64,000 nucleotides of DNA from a phage. Below the pieces are notes generated by a model. It was not told the DNA's origin, did not search any database, and saw only the letters and a list, made by a program, of their open reading frames with translations. Of the stretch, positions 17,779-26,065 are shown in pieces. The stretch's first letter is position 1, and every line of letters starts with the position of its first letter. The stretch lies in the sequence record PX393109.1. One strand, given 5' to 3'. The position numbers and the translations under genes were made by a program.

Positions 17779-18322
17779 ACTTAGGTTAGCTCCTCATCTG
17801 TACAATAGAATGCTGAAAGAGTTGATGGATGCCGTAATGACTTATGGCCAGACTCAGCAGCTCCGTACACATCTGGCTAAGGTAGTGGATCAATACGTAG
17901 AGCCGGACCATCCACATACCAGACCCGCTCCTCAGTTTTATCAGGCAACATGGTCTTGGCGTAGCTGGGAAGTAAATGCCGTAATTACTGCAGAAGATTA
18001 CAAACTACTAGAATCTCGTCCGGATGTTAAGGTAGTCATGAGAGACTTCCGTGGCTATGGTAACGATGAGGAGTTCTCCTTCTCAGATTTATCGTTTACT
18101 CCCATCGATGCTGGTATGGCATCTAACTTCGCGGTAATGAGTTGCTCAGTAAACGAAGAGGTACTATTCGATCTCTTATCCGCAGTTAAGTTACAGATTC
18201 AGAGAGATGAGGTAATTGAAGAGATCGGATGCAACCGCTGCGGTGGTGCTGGTCAAGCAGTGATAGACCATGGCGAGCTCGGTATTGAGCATATGGTATG
18301 TCCTCATTGCAATAAGAAATAA
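17765..18322 (+). CDS. hypothetical protein with C-terminal CxxC...CxxC
   Basis: ATG with SD CAGGAG; GCNRCGG...CPHCNKK. Confidence 0.55.
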   Translation: MMNSKLRLAPHLYNRMLKELMDAVMTYGQTQQLRTHLAKVVDQYVEPDHPHTRPAPQFYQATWSWRSWEVNAVITAEDYKLLESRPDVKVVMRDFRGYGNDEEFSFSDLSFTPIDAGMASNFAVMSCSVNEEVLFDLLSAVKLQIQRDEVIEEIGCNRCGGAGQAVIDHGELGIEHMVCPHCNKK

Positions 18323-18332
18323 GGAAGTATCT

Positions 18333-18887
18333 ATGAGTAGTAATCGTAATGTAGTGGAAGAGACTCTGGACTTAATCAACAATCTCTTCCGCAGTAAATT
18401 AAGTGGTGATCTCAATGCTATGGAGTTCACCATGAGCCGTAAAGAAGTAGCAGACATCCTCAATCACGTGAAGATGTCTATCACGAATAACTGCGTCGCT
18501 ATTCCTGATGGTCTGCATCCTGATACTCGTGAGTTGGTTCTGGACTTCGCTGGGAAGATGGCTAAGAAGTTACATAAAGCCCAGGTTAAGTATGGATTCA
18601 CCAACGGATGGCGTCATCCTAACTGGGATACGGCTAAGGGTAATGATCAGTTCGAAGACCCTACCCAGTGCATCATCGCATTTAGCCACCATATCGATAA
18701 GGGTGATCCTGTCGACGTGGCTAACTACTGCGCATTCATGGATTGGCATGGATGGTCCGCTAAATATGTCCCTGCCCCACACACTGTCACCATCGACAAT
18801 AAGGGTATGGTAGGGTCCATTAAACCAGCAACCGAGCCTGGATATGGGACCGATTATGTTGGTAGCATAGGAGACATGCCTCAGTGA
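18333..18887 (+). CDS. hypothetical protein
   Basis: ATG (MSSNRNV) with SD AAGGAAG. Confidence 0.55.
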   Translation: MSSNRNVVEETLDLINNLFRSKLSGDLNAMEFTMSRKEVADILNHVKMSITNNCVAIPDGLHPDTRELVLDFAGKMAKKLHKAQVKYGFTNGWRHPNWDTAKGNDQFEDPTQCIIAFSHHIDKGDPVDVANYCAFMDWHGWSAKYVPAPHTVTIDNKGMVGSIKPATEPGYGTDYVGSIGDMPQ

Positions 18888-19111
18888 ATAAAATAATGAT
18901 GATGGGTATACTCGAAAATATTGTAACCCTTATCTGCATGACTGTTCTAGTATTGGGCCTTTATTATATGGGAGCATCATGGTGGTCGGCTATACCTGGG
19001 CTATTGGTATTCAATCTTAGTTCTGTTAAGTATAAGGAAACTAAGTCTGTTGGTCACCCAGAGAATACCACACCAACTGGGGAGGTTGCTGCTCCTCCTA
19101 AGGACAGATAA
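18884..19111 (+). CDS. small membrane protein
   Basis: Two hydrophobic segments. Confidence 0.5.
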   Translation: MNKIMMMGILENIVTLICMTVLVLGLYYMGASWWSAIPGLLVFNLSSVKYKETKSVGHPENTTPTGEVAAPPKDR

Positions 19112-19422
19112 TGGAACAGTTCCGCATTGAATTAAAGATATGGAGCGCAGATATCGGGGAACGCCCTCCGGAGGGGGACGTTAACTGGAGAACTGCCTAC
19201 TGCATTTTAGGTCCTGTTAATGAAGAAGACTGGACTTTAGATAAAGATAAGGCTACTTTGCTTAGTTATGACCGTCTGGATGAGCTAAATCTGTTCGGTT
19301 TAGCTGCAAGATGCCGTAATTCCCTACGTTTATCTAACTGGGAACTAGGCTCCGTGAACATAATTAAGCTGGTAGATCCTGAGCTTATCCATATCAACAT
19401 AACGATAGATAAAGAGTATTAA
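19111..19422 (+). CDS. hypothetical protein
   Basis: ORF. Confidence 0.5.
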   Translation: MEQFRIELKIWSADIGERPPEGDVNWRTAYCILGPVNEEDWTLDKDKATLLSYDRLDELNLFGLAARCRNSLRLSNWELGSVNIIKLVDPELIHINITIDKEY

Positions 19423-19432
19423 GGAGCTTAAA

Positions 19433-19666
19433 ATGGATAAAGAGTTAAATGGTGCAGAAGAAGATGTTCTGTACAAATTATTCTGGTTCGGACCAGCAGC
19501 AGACGGAGACCTACCATCTAAATCTGGAGCATCTGGCTTGGTAGATAAAGGATTAGCTGCCTGGTTTAAGGGTAATAATCTCTGCCCTAAGATTTATGAT
19601 GACCGTAACATGTGTATGCTTACTTCCCTTGGGGTAGACTTAGCCAGAAATAAGTATACTAAATAA
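19433..19666 (+). CDS. hypothetical protein
   Basis: ORF with SD AAGGAG. Confidence 0.5.
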   Translation: MDKELNGAEEDVLYKLFWFGPAADGDLPSKSGASGLVDKGLAAWFKGNNLCPKIYDDRNMCMLTSLGVDLARNKYTK

Positions 19667-19668
19667 AA

Positions 19669-19704
19669 CCGCTCTTTTGTACGGTCAAAAGGCTGTTAAA
19701 CTGT
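19669..19704 (+). promoter_or_regulatory. Conserved motif A copy (candidate phage promoter)
   Basis: ccgctcttttgtacggtcaaaaggctgttaaactgt. Confidence 0.5.
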
Positions 19705-19714
19705 AGAGGTTATT

Positions 19715-19746
19715 CCTATAGAGCATCTGATGGTGCTCTATGTGAA
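19715..19746 (+). promoter_or_regulatory. Conserved hairpin motif B copy
   Basis: cctatagagca-tctgatgg-tgctctatgtgaa, followed by tandem taggagatat x2 and ATG (19779). Confidence 0.45.
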
Positions 19747-19778
19747 TAGTCTTAGGAGATATTAGGAGATATTAAGAT

Positions 19779-20138
19779 ATGTTTGAGAAATTAAAATCTA
19801 TATTTAAAACTGTTCCAGCAATTCCCTTACTGACTAAATCGGAAGAGCGACTAGCTTATGAGAATATGATCCGTACTGGGGACCCTACCGAATTTATCAG
19901 AATGTTGGATAATGACGAAATCCGGATGATTCGTAAAGATACATGGACTTGGGTAAGCGCTAATGGTGTAATCCATGTCTATAACGATATTTACGGTCCG
20001 GAAGTTAAGCTGGGAGGAGTAAGTGCGTTAATTGACTGTAATGGTGATGCTTACGGTCTATCTTACGAAGATGGTAAGAGAGTATATAACGCAATCTGGG
20101 ACTCCTGCGACCGCTCCAGGAGGATGGCTCATGTTTAA
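19779..20138 (+). CDS. hypothetical protein
   Basis: ORF. Confidence 0.55.
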   Translation: MFEKLKSIFKTVPAIPLLTKSEERLAYENMIRTGDPTEFIRMLDNDEIRMIRKDTWTWVSANGVIHVYNDIYGPEVKLGGVSALIDCNGDAYGLSYEDGKRVYNAIWDSCDRSRRMAHV

Positions 20139-20301
20139 GTTACTTATTATAAGTAGTATTGTTGCTCGGGATGCTCCATCAGTTCACTCGGTAATTGCGG
20201 AATTTGAGACTAAAGATCAAGCAGATCGTGCCTACGACAAAATGGTGGAATCTGCCAACCCTCAGTCCTGGGTATCTAACAAAGTAGTGAAACTTTACTA
20301 A
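20131..20301 (+). CDS. hypothetical small protein
   Basis: ATG after AGGAGG inside track ORF 20032..20301. Confidence 0.35.
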   Translation: MFKLLIISSIVARDAPSVHSVIAEFETKDQADRAYDKMVESANPQSWVSNKVVKLY

Positions 20302-20830
20302 TAGCTGAGTTCTATTAAGGCACCTAACGGCCTAATAGTTGCTCTTCCGTAAAACAGATTCGATAGTCTGGGAAGAGCAGCTATATACTCTCATTAAGTA
20401 ATGCGTATACATAGGGCACGATTAAGTTACGTCTCCGGCTATGGTTGCATTACGAATAGTTAGGTAGTGTCCCTATTCAGATTGTCCGGAACTGGATAGA
20501 GGATGAAGGTATTGTCGAGACCTTAGTGGGGACTGATGCGAACTACACTAAGGTTTATACCCTCTCAACATTCTTAGGGGCATCTACGTAGTATACCTTG
20601 CGTCACGCGTAGGGTGAGCGAGTTAAAGCCCAAAGTGGCTTTAGGGAGCGAATCCCAGGGGGAGGCTCGGGTGGGCAAGGTCAGAGTCTCCGGAGGAGCT
20701 TAGTCTCGTGTACGCGGCGGCTCTGCCAGCCGCCGCTACACTCCAATTGGTTAAATTAGATAAGGGGCCGGTAGTTCCTACGTCCATTAGTTTAGGAGTT
20801 ATTATTTGATTATGTTGAGGAACACTATTA
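20302..20830. other. Long non-coding region with GC-rich hairpins (candidate ncRNA or origin)
   Basis: About 530 bp without a convincing ORF; hairpins aaagcc/ggcttt, cggcggc/gccgccg, gctcttcc/ggaagagc. Confidence 0.35.
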
Positions 20831-21064
20831 ATGATCGTAGTTACTGAAGAGTATATTACCTCCCAGTCTAAGGCTGGTGGGAAGGCTGTTGGAAGAGTAG
20901 CAATAGCTAAACTAACCAATATGGGTTATGTTCCTAAGGACACTCCTAAGCCACCAGCACCATGGATATGGGAAAAGGAGAATGGCAGGATTATGGCTAT
21001 TACCCAGTATATGGGGCCATTCAGACTCAAGATCGAATACTTAGTAGATCTGGAAGATTCGTAG
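20831..21064 (+). CDS. hypothetical protein
   Basis: ORF after the non-coding region. Confidence 0.5.
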   Translation: MIVVTEEYITSQSKAGGKAVGRVAIAKLTNMGYVPKDTPKPPAPWIWEKENGRIMAITQYMGPFRLKIEYLVDLEDS

Positions 21065-21065
21065 G

Positions 21066-21101
21066 CCGCTCTTTTTAGGTGCTGAAAGGCTGTTAAGGTG
21101 T
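21066..21101 (+). promoter_or_regulatory. Conserved motif A copy (candidate phage promoter)
   Basis: ccgctctttttaggtgctgaaaggctgttaaggtgt, then AGGAGA and ATG. Confidence 0.5.
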
Positions 21102-21124
21102 CAGAACTACTGTTAGGAGAAATT

Positions 21125-21319
21125 ATGACTACTGAAGAAAAGATGATCCATATGTACAATCAGGTTCATGGTCCTATCTCTGCTTCCTGTTACTGGGAGT
21201 ATGATGAAGAGACTAACGAATTGATCTGCATGAAAGATGGCCATGAATGCTGGCGGACATCTAGAGAAGAGATTCTGTTTGACTATATCACTAAGGATAT
21301 GACAGATGCCACAGTTTAA
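21125..21319 (+). CDS. hypothetical protein
   Basis: ATG (MTTEEK) with SD AGGAGA. Confidence 0.5.
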   Translation: MTTEEKMIHMYNQVHGPISASCYWEYDEETNELICMKDGHECWRTSREEILFDYITKDMTDATV

Positions 21320-21455
21320 GTGCTCCTGGTGTAAACAACATAAGGATGAGACTCCTATCGATATGTCGGAGTATGGTCTCGAACCAGTATGTCTTACCTG
21401 TATGCAGGTAATCGAAGAGCAGGCTATGGGAGGAGGCTCCGATGATGACGAGGAG
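21306..21455 (+). CDS. small zinc-ribbon-like protein (49 aa)
   Basis: CSWC...CLTC pattern; below ORF-track cut-off; overlaps neighbours. Confidence 0.3.
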
Positions 21456-21663
21456 TAATCCCGTACAGATTAATGCTCTCTGTCTAGATGGTGTCTGGAT
21501 GGCGAGTTGGGAATATTACAAAGCTAAGGATGCTAAGAAAGAGGCTGAGTTTACTGGAGAGCCGAAAGTAATTAAGCGTAGTAAGGCTAACGAAGATTGC
21601 TACTGCGGATCTGGCAAGAAGGTAAAGAATTACCCATGTAAACAATACGTCCTGAAAAGATAA
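21442..21663 (+). CDS. hypothetical protein
   Basis: ORF. Confidence 0.45.
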   Translation: MMTRSNPVQINALCLDGVWMASWEYYKAKDAKKEAEFTGEPKVIKRSKANEDCYCGSGKKVKNYPCKQYVLKR

Positions 21664-21672
21664 GGAATAATT

Positions 21673-21927
21673 ATGTACTTTACTGATAATATGATCGTAG
21701 GACTGATGATTGCTTATGTCATCGGTGGGATCATCGTTTATCCGATTGCTGCTTATGTTACTGGCAGATTCCGTATTAAGCATGGTGGCTACACAGTATT
21801 GGCTACGGTATTTTGGCCGTTAATCCCTTTCGTGATCGTGGCAGTTATCATAACTAAACTGGCCGAAATAGCTTGCACGAAAGGGTTCCACTACCTCCGC
21901 GATCTCGGTGAGAAACATGCCAATTAA
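21673..21927 (+). CDS. small membrane protein (2 TM)
   Basis: Hydrophobic segments MIVGLMIAYVIGGIIVYPIAAYV and VLATVFWPLIPFVIVAVII. Confidence 0.55.
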   Translation: MYFTDNMIVGLMIAYVIGGIIVYPIAAYVTGRFRIKHGGYTVLATVFWPLIPFVIVAVIITKLAEIACTKGFHYLRDLGEKHAN

Positions 21928-22486
21928 TTTCAGTATGCAGAGTCTTGAAGACTTTGTACCAGAGCATGGTAAGAGCGTAGTAGTCTTCTACCACGAGCGA
22001 TTCTATTCCCGAGTAGAAATGCTACAGATGCAAGTAGAGTTCCACTACCAGATGATAGATGGCGATGGCTGCCCAGTTCCTCAGTGGGCATGCTATGATA
22101 ATCGTGACGACATACCGTTCGATAAGCCATTCATCTGGAAAGATAAGCAGGTTAAGTTCCTTACTCTGGACGACTGTATGGAAATACATAATCGTCATCC
22201 CAAGCACCACTATCGTTACTGGTGGGTTAAGGACTGGTTCCTAACTGGCGGAGGAAATAGCCAGTTAAATAGGGAACAGCTGGCGGAGATGTCGTTAGGG
22301 ATTATGAGTGCCGAACAGTTTAGTGCTGAGCTGGATAAGGGATGTGCTGATCTGGAAGCCAAGCGTATCTTACGTGAATTAACTCGTGAATCCCGTACTG
22401 GATATTGTGAGAAGCATGGCACTCGTCAGCTGGGTAAGGACCTATGTGATGTGTGCCGTATTGAACGTGCATTTATGGAGGGATGA
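21908..22486 (+). CDS. hypothetical protein
   Basis: 192-aa ORF directly upstream of the NADAR gene. Confidence 0.55.
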   Translation: MRNMPINFSMQSLEDFVPEHGKSVVVFYHERFYSRVEMLQMQVEFHYQMIDGDGCPVPQWACYDNRDDIPFDKPFIWKDKQVKFLTLDDCMEIHNRHPKHHYRYWWVKDWFLTGGGNSQLNREQLAEMSLGIMSAEQFSAELDKGCADLEAKRILRELTRESRTGYCEKHGTRQLGKDLCDVCRIERAFMEG

Positions 22487-23142
22487 TGCGGATCTGGACC
22501 GACAAGAACTCTATTCTGGAGTTTATCGGAGAGTACCGATTCCTATCTAACTTTTATCCTGTTCCTATTGAGGATAAGAATCCTTACGGGAACGAGACTC
22601 TTCCCTCCCTTACTTACCCTAGTGTGGAGCATGCCTATCAAGCATCTAAGTCTCCATCACTAGCCCATCGTCTTATCATAGCTAGACTTCATACTCCTGG
22701 TGAGGCCAAGAGATATGGACGTAAGCTGCCCATTACTGAATCGTGGAAGGAACAGAGAGTAGATGTGATGGAACACCTACTCCGGATTAAATTCGCGAAA
22801 GGTGGGGAGCTAGCTCAAAAATTGACCGATACTTGGCCTAAGGAGCTGGTCGAAGGAAATACCCACGGAGATTCCTTCTGGGGTATGACTCGTGAGGAGT
22901 ACAAGTCCGTCCTCACTGGTATTAATATGCTCGGACGATTACTGATGAAACTTCGGGAGGAGTTAGTTATGGAACAAATGACCAAGGAGACAGGATCGTT
23001 TGCGGAGTGGCATAAACTGCTGCACCAATACGCTCAGTCTCGTGGCGGTAGCGCTGCTGATGCGGAAGCCTGGCGGGATGATTACGATGAAGGTAAGACC
23101 CCTAAGCAGGCCTACGACGATGAGTGGGGCGAAGAAGACTAA
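22483..23142 (+). CDS. NADAR (YbiA-like, DUF1768) domain protein
   Basis: FLSNFYP ... EHAYQASK ... FAKGGELAQKL ... GDSFWGM matches the NADAR signature. Confidence 0.75.
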   Translation: MMRIWTDKNSILEFIGEYRFLSNFYPVPIEDKNPYGNETLPSLTYPSVEHAYQASKSPSLAHRLIIARLHTPGEAKRYGRKLPITESWKEQRVDVMEHLLRIKFAKGGELAQKLTDTWPKELVEGNTHGDSFWGMTREEYKSVLTGINMLGRLLMKLREELVMEQMTKETGSFAEWHKLLHQYAQSRGGSAADAEAWRDDYDEGKTPKQAYDDEWGEED

Positions 23143-23150
23143 CCTATCTT

Positions 23151-23180
23151 AGCGCTCTTTAGGGAGCGCTATTTTTATTT
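23151..23180 (+). terminator. Rho-independent terminator
   Basis: agcgctc-tttagg-gagcgct followed by atttttattt. Confidence 0.75.
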
Positions 23181-23196
23181 AATGTTGGGAGTAATT

Positions 23197-23436
23197 ATGG
23201 AACAACCTATCCAAGCAGTAACTAATGCGGTTGGGAGCATGCAGATCGTGGGTTATGATACCTATGAGCAAGTAGCTCAATCAGTTAAACTCGATCCTCG
23301 CAAGAAGCGTCGTGGTCATCGTCGAGCAGCTAAGAGTCTGCTTAGTAATGGTGGGGTCTTCAATAACTACTCTGCACCAGGAACTACATTCTGGTGGGTC
23401 GCACAATGGCATCTTAAGAAGGCACGTAATGGCTGA
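23197..23436 (+). CDS. hypothetical protein
   Basis: ATG (MEQPIQ) with SD GGGAG. Confidence 0.5.
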   Translation: MEQPIQAVTNAVGSMQIVGYDTYEQVAQSVKLDPRKKRRGHRRAAKSLLSNGGVFNNYSAPGTTFWWVAQWHLKKARNG

Positions 23437-23782
23437 AGATACTGGGATTCATGACGGACGCTGGGAAGATCGATATAACTCAGTACGACAGGAATTAGAC
23501 ACTACTAAGGCTAATCTGAGTAAGGCTAGAGTAGAGAATGCTGAAAACCGAGCTATGCATCATCGTATTATTCAGATGGCTATTGATGATGGCTGGACTG
23601 GTGATCATAATAGTAATGTTGAGGATGCAGTAAAATTCCTATCGGGTAGAGAGCGTAAAGTAACTACCCCTAAAATTCATTACACAGATCATATCACAAT
23701 AGGTAAGGCATCTCCAGTATATGATGCCGTTGAAGTAGATACATTATTAACCAGTCTAGGGTATACTGTGGATAAGGATTAA
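23429..23782 (+). CDS. hypothetical protein
   Basis: Start at MAEDTG inside track ORF 23312..23782. Confidence 0.45.
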   Translation: MAEDTGIHDGRWEDRYNSVRQELDTTKANLSKARVENAENRAMHHRIIQMAIDDGWTGDHNSNVEDAVKFLSGRERKVTTPKIHYTDHITIGKASPVYDAVEVDTLLTSLGYTVDKD

Positions 23783-23784
23783 TT

Positions 23785-23820
23785 CCGCCGTTTCTTACCC
23801 TCGAAAGGCTGTTAAATTGT
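23785..23820 (+). promoter_or_regulatory. Conserved motif A copy (candidate phage promoter; variant CCGCCGTTT)
   Basis: ccgccgtttcttaccctcgaaaggctgttaaattgt, then AAGGA and ATG (23847). Confidence 0.45.
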
Positions 23821-23846
23821 TGCACCTCAACTGATAAGGATAACCG

Positions 23847-24560
23847 ATGTCTACTAAGATGATGCCACACCATCTGGCTCCGAATAAACTGTTTAACCGA
23901 TTCCTGTCATATCACGACTCCTACCACTGCGCAATTGACATCGAGACCGAGTATCTCGATTTTAAAGAGCCTGGGGTAGTTCTATCTGTAGGTATGGTGA
24001 CGGTTGGTCCTGATCACTACTCCCACGTCTACTTCACTATTGATCGAGAAGAGTCGCTGGCTCTGGGTATGAAGTCTGACCCTAACGTAGTTGAATGGCT
24101 CAACACTCTCCCGAAACCCGTCCGTGATGCTGCATATGCTAATCCAGTATCTGTTGACGAAGCTCTGGATATCATCGAAGAGTACGTAGCTAAGGTACTA
24201 CAGGATCCTGGTTGCCAGATGTTGAACTTCATCGGTAACGCACCAGAGTTCGACCAGGGATTCCTGGATTGGTACTTTAAGGCTAAAGGACGTAAGACCC
24301 CGTTCCTACACTGGATGAATCGAGATTACCGCACTCTGGCTAGTCTGCAGCTGATCTCATTCGATGATCGTCGCATGATTAAAGAAGAACTGAGTAGCCA
24401 GCACGAGTCTATGTCTGATCACCATGCATTGTTCGATGCGATGCTGGAAGCTAAGACTTGGGTTCGCACCATCAATCGTGTAAAAGAGTTACAGGATCTG
24501 GAGCACGAGGTGAATACCATGATTGCTATGCAGGGTAACTCTGTGGAAGATGGAGAGTAA
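23847..24560 (+). CDS. DEDD-type 3'-5' exonuclease (DnaQ-like)
   Basis: AIDIETE (Exo I) and HHALFDA (Exo III, DEDDh) motifs. Confidence 0.65.
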   Translation: MSTKMMPHHLAPNKLFNRFLSYHDSYHCAIDIETEYLDFKEPGVVLSVGMVTVGPDHYSHVYFTIDREESLALGMKSDPNVVEWLNTLPKPVRDAAYANPVSVDEALDIIEEYVAKVLQDPGCQMLNFIGNAPEFDQGFLDWYFKAKGRKTPFLHWMNRDYRTLASLQLISFDDRRMIKEELSSQHESMSDHHALFDAMLEAKTWVRTINRVKELQDLEHEVNTMIAMQGNSVEDGE

Positions 24561-24873
24561 GCTTTGTCGGGTGGTTAATATACGTACCAATCCTAACTAC
24601 GATTTATATGTTGGGAGAGGTACTATATTCGGGAATAAGTGGAGCCATAAAGATTTACCTAACGCTATTAACGTAGGTTCCCGAACATTAGCCATCGCGA
24701 AATACAGACTATGGTTCCACCAGCAAGTAAAAGATGGCCACATAAGCATCTCCTACTTACGGACTCTTAAGGGTAAGACTTTAGGGTGCTCCTGCTTACC
24801 GTTACCATGTCATGCTCAAGTTATAGCTGACTTCGTTAATTCATTACCTGACGAAGATTCCGCTCTTTCGTAG
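24550..24873 (+). CDS. DUF4326-like protein
   Basis: VNIRTNPNYDLYVGRG...GNKWS resembles the DUF4326 N-terminal signature; start overlaps exonuclease end. Confidence 0.45.
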   Translation: MESKLCRVVNIRTNPNYDLYVGRGTIFGNKWSHKDLPNAINVGSRTLAIAKYRLWFHQQVKDGHISISYLRTLKGKTLGCSCLPLPCHAQVIADFVNSLPDEDSALS

Positions 24874-24895
24874 CCTCCAAAGGCTGTTAAACTGT
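24860..24895 (+). promoter_or_regulatory. Conserved motif A copy (candidate phage promoter)
   Basis: ccgctctttcgtagcctccaaaggctgttaaactgt; the 5' half overlaps the stop of the upstream gene. Confidence 0.5.
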
Positions 24896-24911
24896 TGGAA
24901 AGGAAATCTCT

Positions 24912-25136
24912 ATGCAATCACGTCGTATTGGTTTGTTAAGCGGTATCGGTATGGTTCTGGCTGGATTAGGTCATATGTGGCCCACCCCAGCAGTGTCTGC
25001 TAAAGGCTATGACGGATTCCGTCGCGCCTGTACCAAGGTAAGCTGCCCTAAGACTACTACAGCATCTGCATTAAAGCGTGCGGCTAAGAAGGCTAAAGGC
25101 CGTAAGGTTAATAAGCAACGTCACAAGGGTAAATAA
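24912..25136 (+). CDS. small membrane protein with basic tail
   Basis: N-terminal hydrophobic segment; Lys/Arg-rich C-terminus. Confidence 0.5.
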   Translation: MQSRRIGLLSGIGMVLAGLGHMWPTPAVSAKGYDGFRRACTKVSCPKTTTASALKRAAKKAKGRKVNKQRHKGK

Positions 25137-25516
25137 TGTCTCATATGACCCGAGAAGAAATCGTATTGATGGTGGCTAAGGTGTGTCACGAAGCTAATCG
25201 TGCATACTGCCATTCTATCGGAGACTTCACCCAATTAAGCTGGGAAGCAACATCCGATGAAATAAAACAGTCGGCTATTGATGGAGCGTATAACTGCTTA
25301 CACAATAACCGTATCAGCCCAGAAGAGTCCCATGAATTCTGGGTTAAAACTAAAAAGGAGCAGGGCTGGAAGTATGGAGAAATCAAAGATCTCGCAGCTA
25401 AGACGCACCCGTGTATGGTTCCATATTCACGGTTGCCGGAAGAGCATCGAGTCAAAGATCACCTCTTCACCAGCATCTGCGCAGCATTCATTAAACAGTA
25501 CAAAAGGGCATCATGA
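25136..25516 (+). CDS. RyR-domain-like protein
   Basis: [20 protein letters not shown]...[20 protein letters not shown] resembles the bacterial/phage RyR-domain consensus. Confidence 0.45.
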   Translation: MSHMTREEIVLMVAKVCHEANRAYCHSIGDFTQLSWEATSDEIKQSAIDGAYNCLHNNRISPEESHEFWVKTKKEQGWKYGEIKDLAAKTHPCMVPYSRLPEEHRVKDHLFTSICAAFIKQYKRAS

Positions 25517-25983
25517 TGACCGTAGTTCAAGTAAAGAAAACTATTAACTGGGACGACTCTCTGGAGTTACCGAAATACGCTAAAGCTGGTGATGCTGGTC
25601 TTGATCTTCGTGCGATGATTAAGACTGACGAAATCGATAAAATCGCTGTAAATCCTGGCGAAACTATCCTGGTCCCTACCGGTCTAGCGATCAACATCGG
25701 CGATCCGAACATCGCTTCTGTGATTCTTCCCCGCAGCGGCCTCGGCCATAAAAATGGCATCGTACTGGGTAACTTGGTTGGTCTTATCGACTCCGGCTAT
25801 CAAGGAGAACTGATGGTGTCTGTGTGGAACCGTAGTAACGAATCTTTCGTTATTAACCACGGCGACCGTATCGCTCAAATGGTGTTTCTTCCCGTTATCC
25901 ATCCAGAGCTCCAGCTTGTGGATAAATTCTCTGATGTTTCTGAACGTGGCGACGGTGGGTTTGGCCATTCCGGGATTAAGTAA
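25513..25983 (+). CDS. dut: dUTP diphosphatase (dUTPase)
   Basis: [44 protein letters not shown] and DRIAQMVF motifs. Confidence 0.9.
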   Translation: MMTVVQVKKTINWDDSLELPKYAKAGDAGLDLRAMIKTDEIDKIAVNPGETILVPTGLAINIGDPNIASVILPRSGLGHKNGIVLGNLVGLIDSGYQGELMVSVWNRSNESFVINHGDRIAQMVFLPVIHPELQLVDKFSDVSERGDGGFGHSGIK

Positions 25984-26013
25984 TCCTGGGGTAGTTAGAC
26001 TACGGTAATTACT

Positions 26014-26039
26014 ATTGACCTCTTTGCGGAGAGGTCAAT
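26014..26039 (+). terminator. Hairpin / putative terminator after dut
   Basis: attgacctct-ttgcgg-agaggtcaat (10-bp stem), followed by a T-rich tract. Confidence 0.5.
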
Positions 26040-26065
26040 GTTATTCTACCATAGAACCGAGGAAT

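Noticed and set aside
20302-20830. tRNA gene in the long intergenic region
   Set aside because: No segment fits the cloverleaf: the closest T-loop-like string (gagcgaatccc) lacks the invariant T-Psi-C positions and complementary stems. Left as unclassified structured region.
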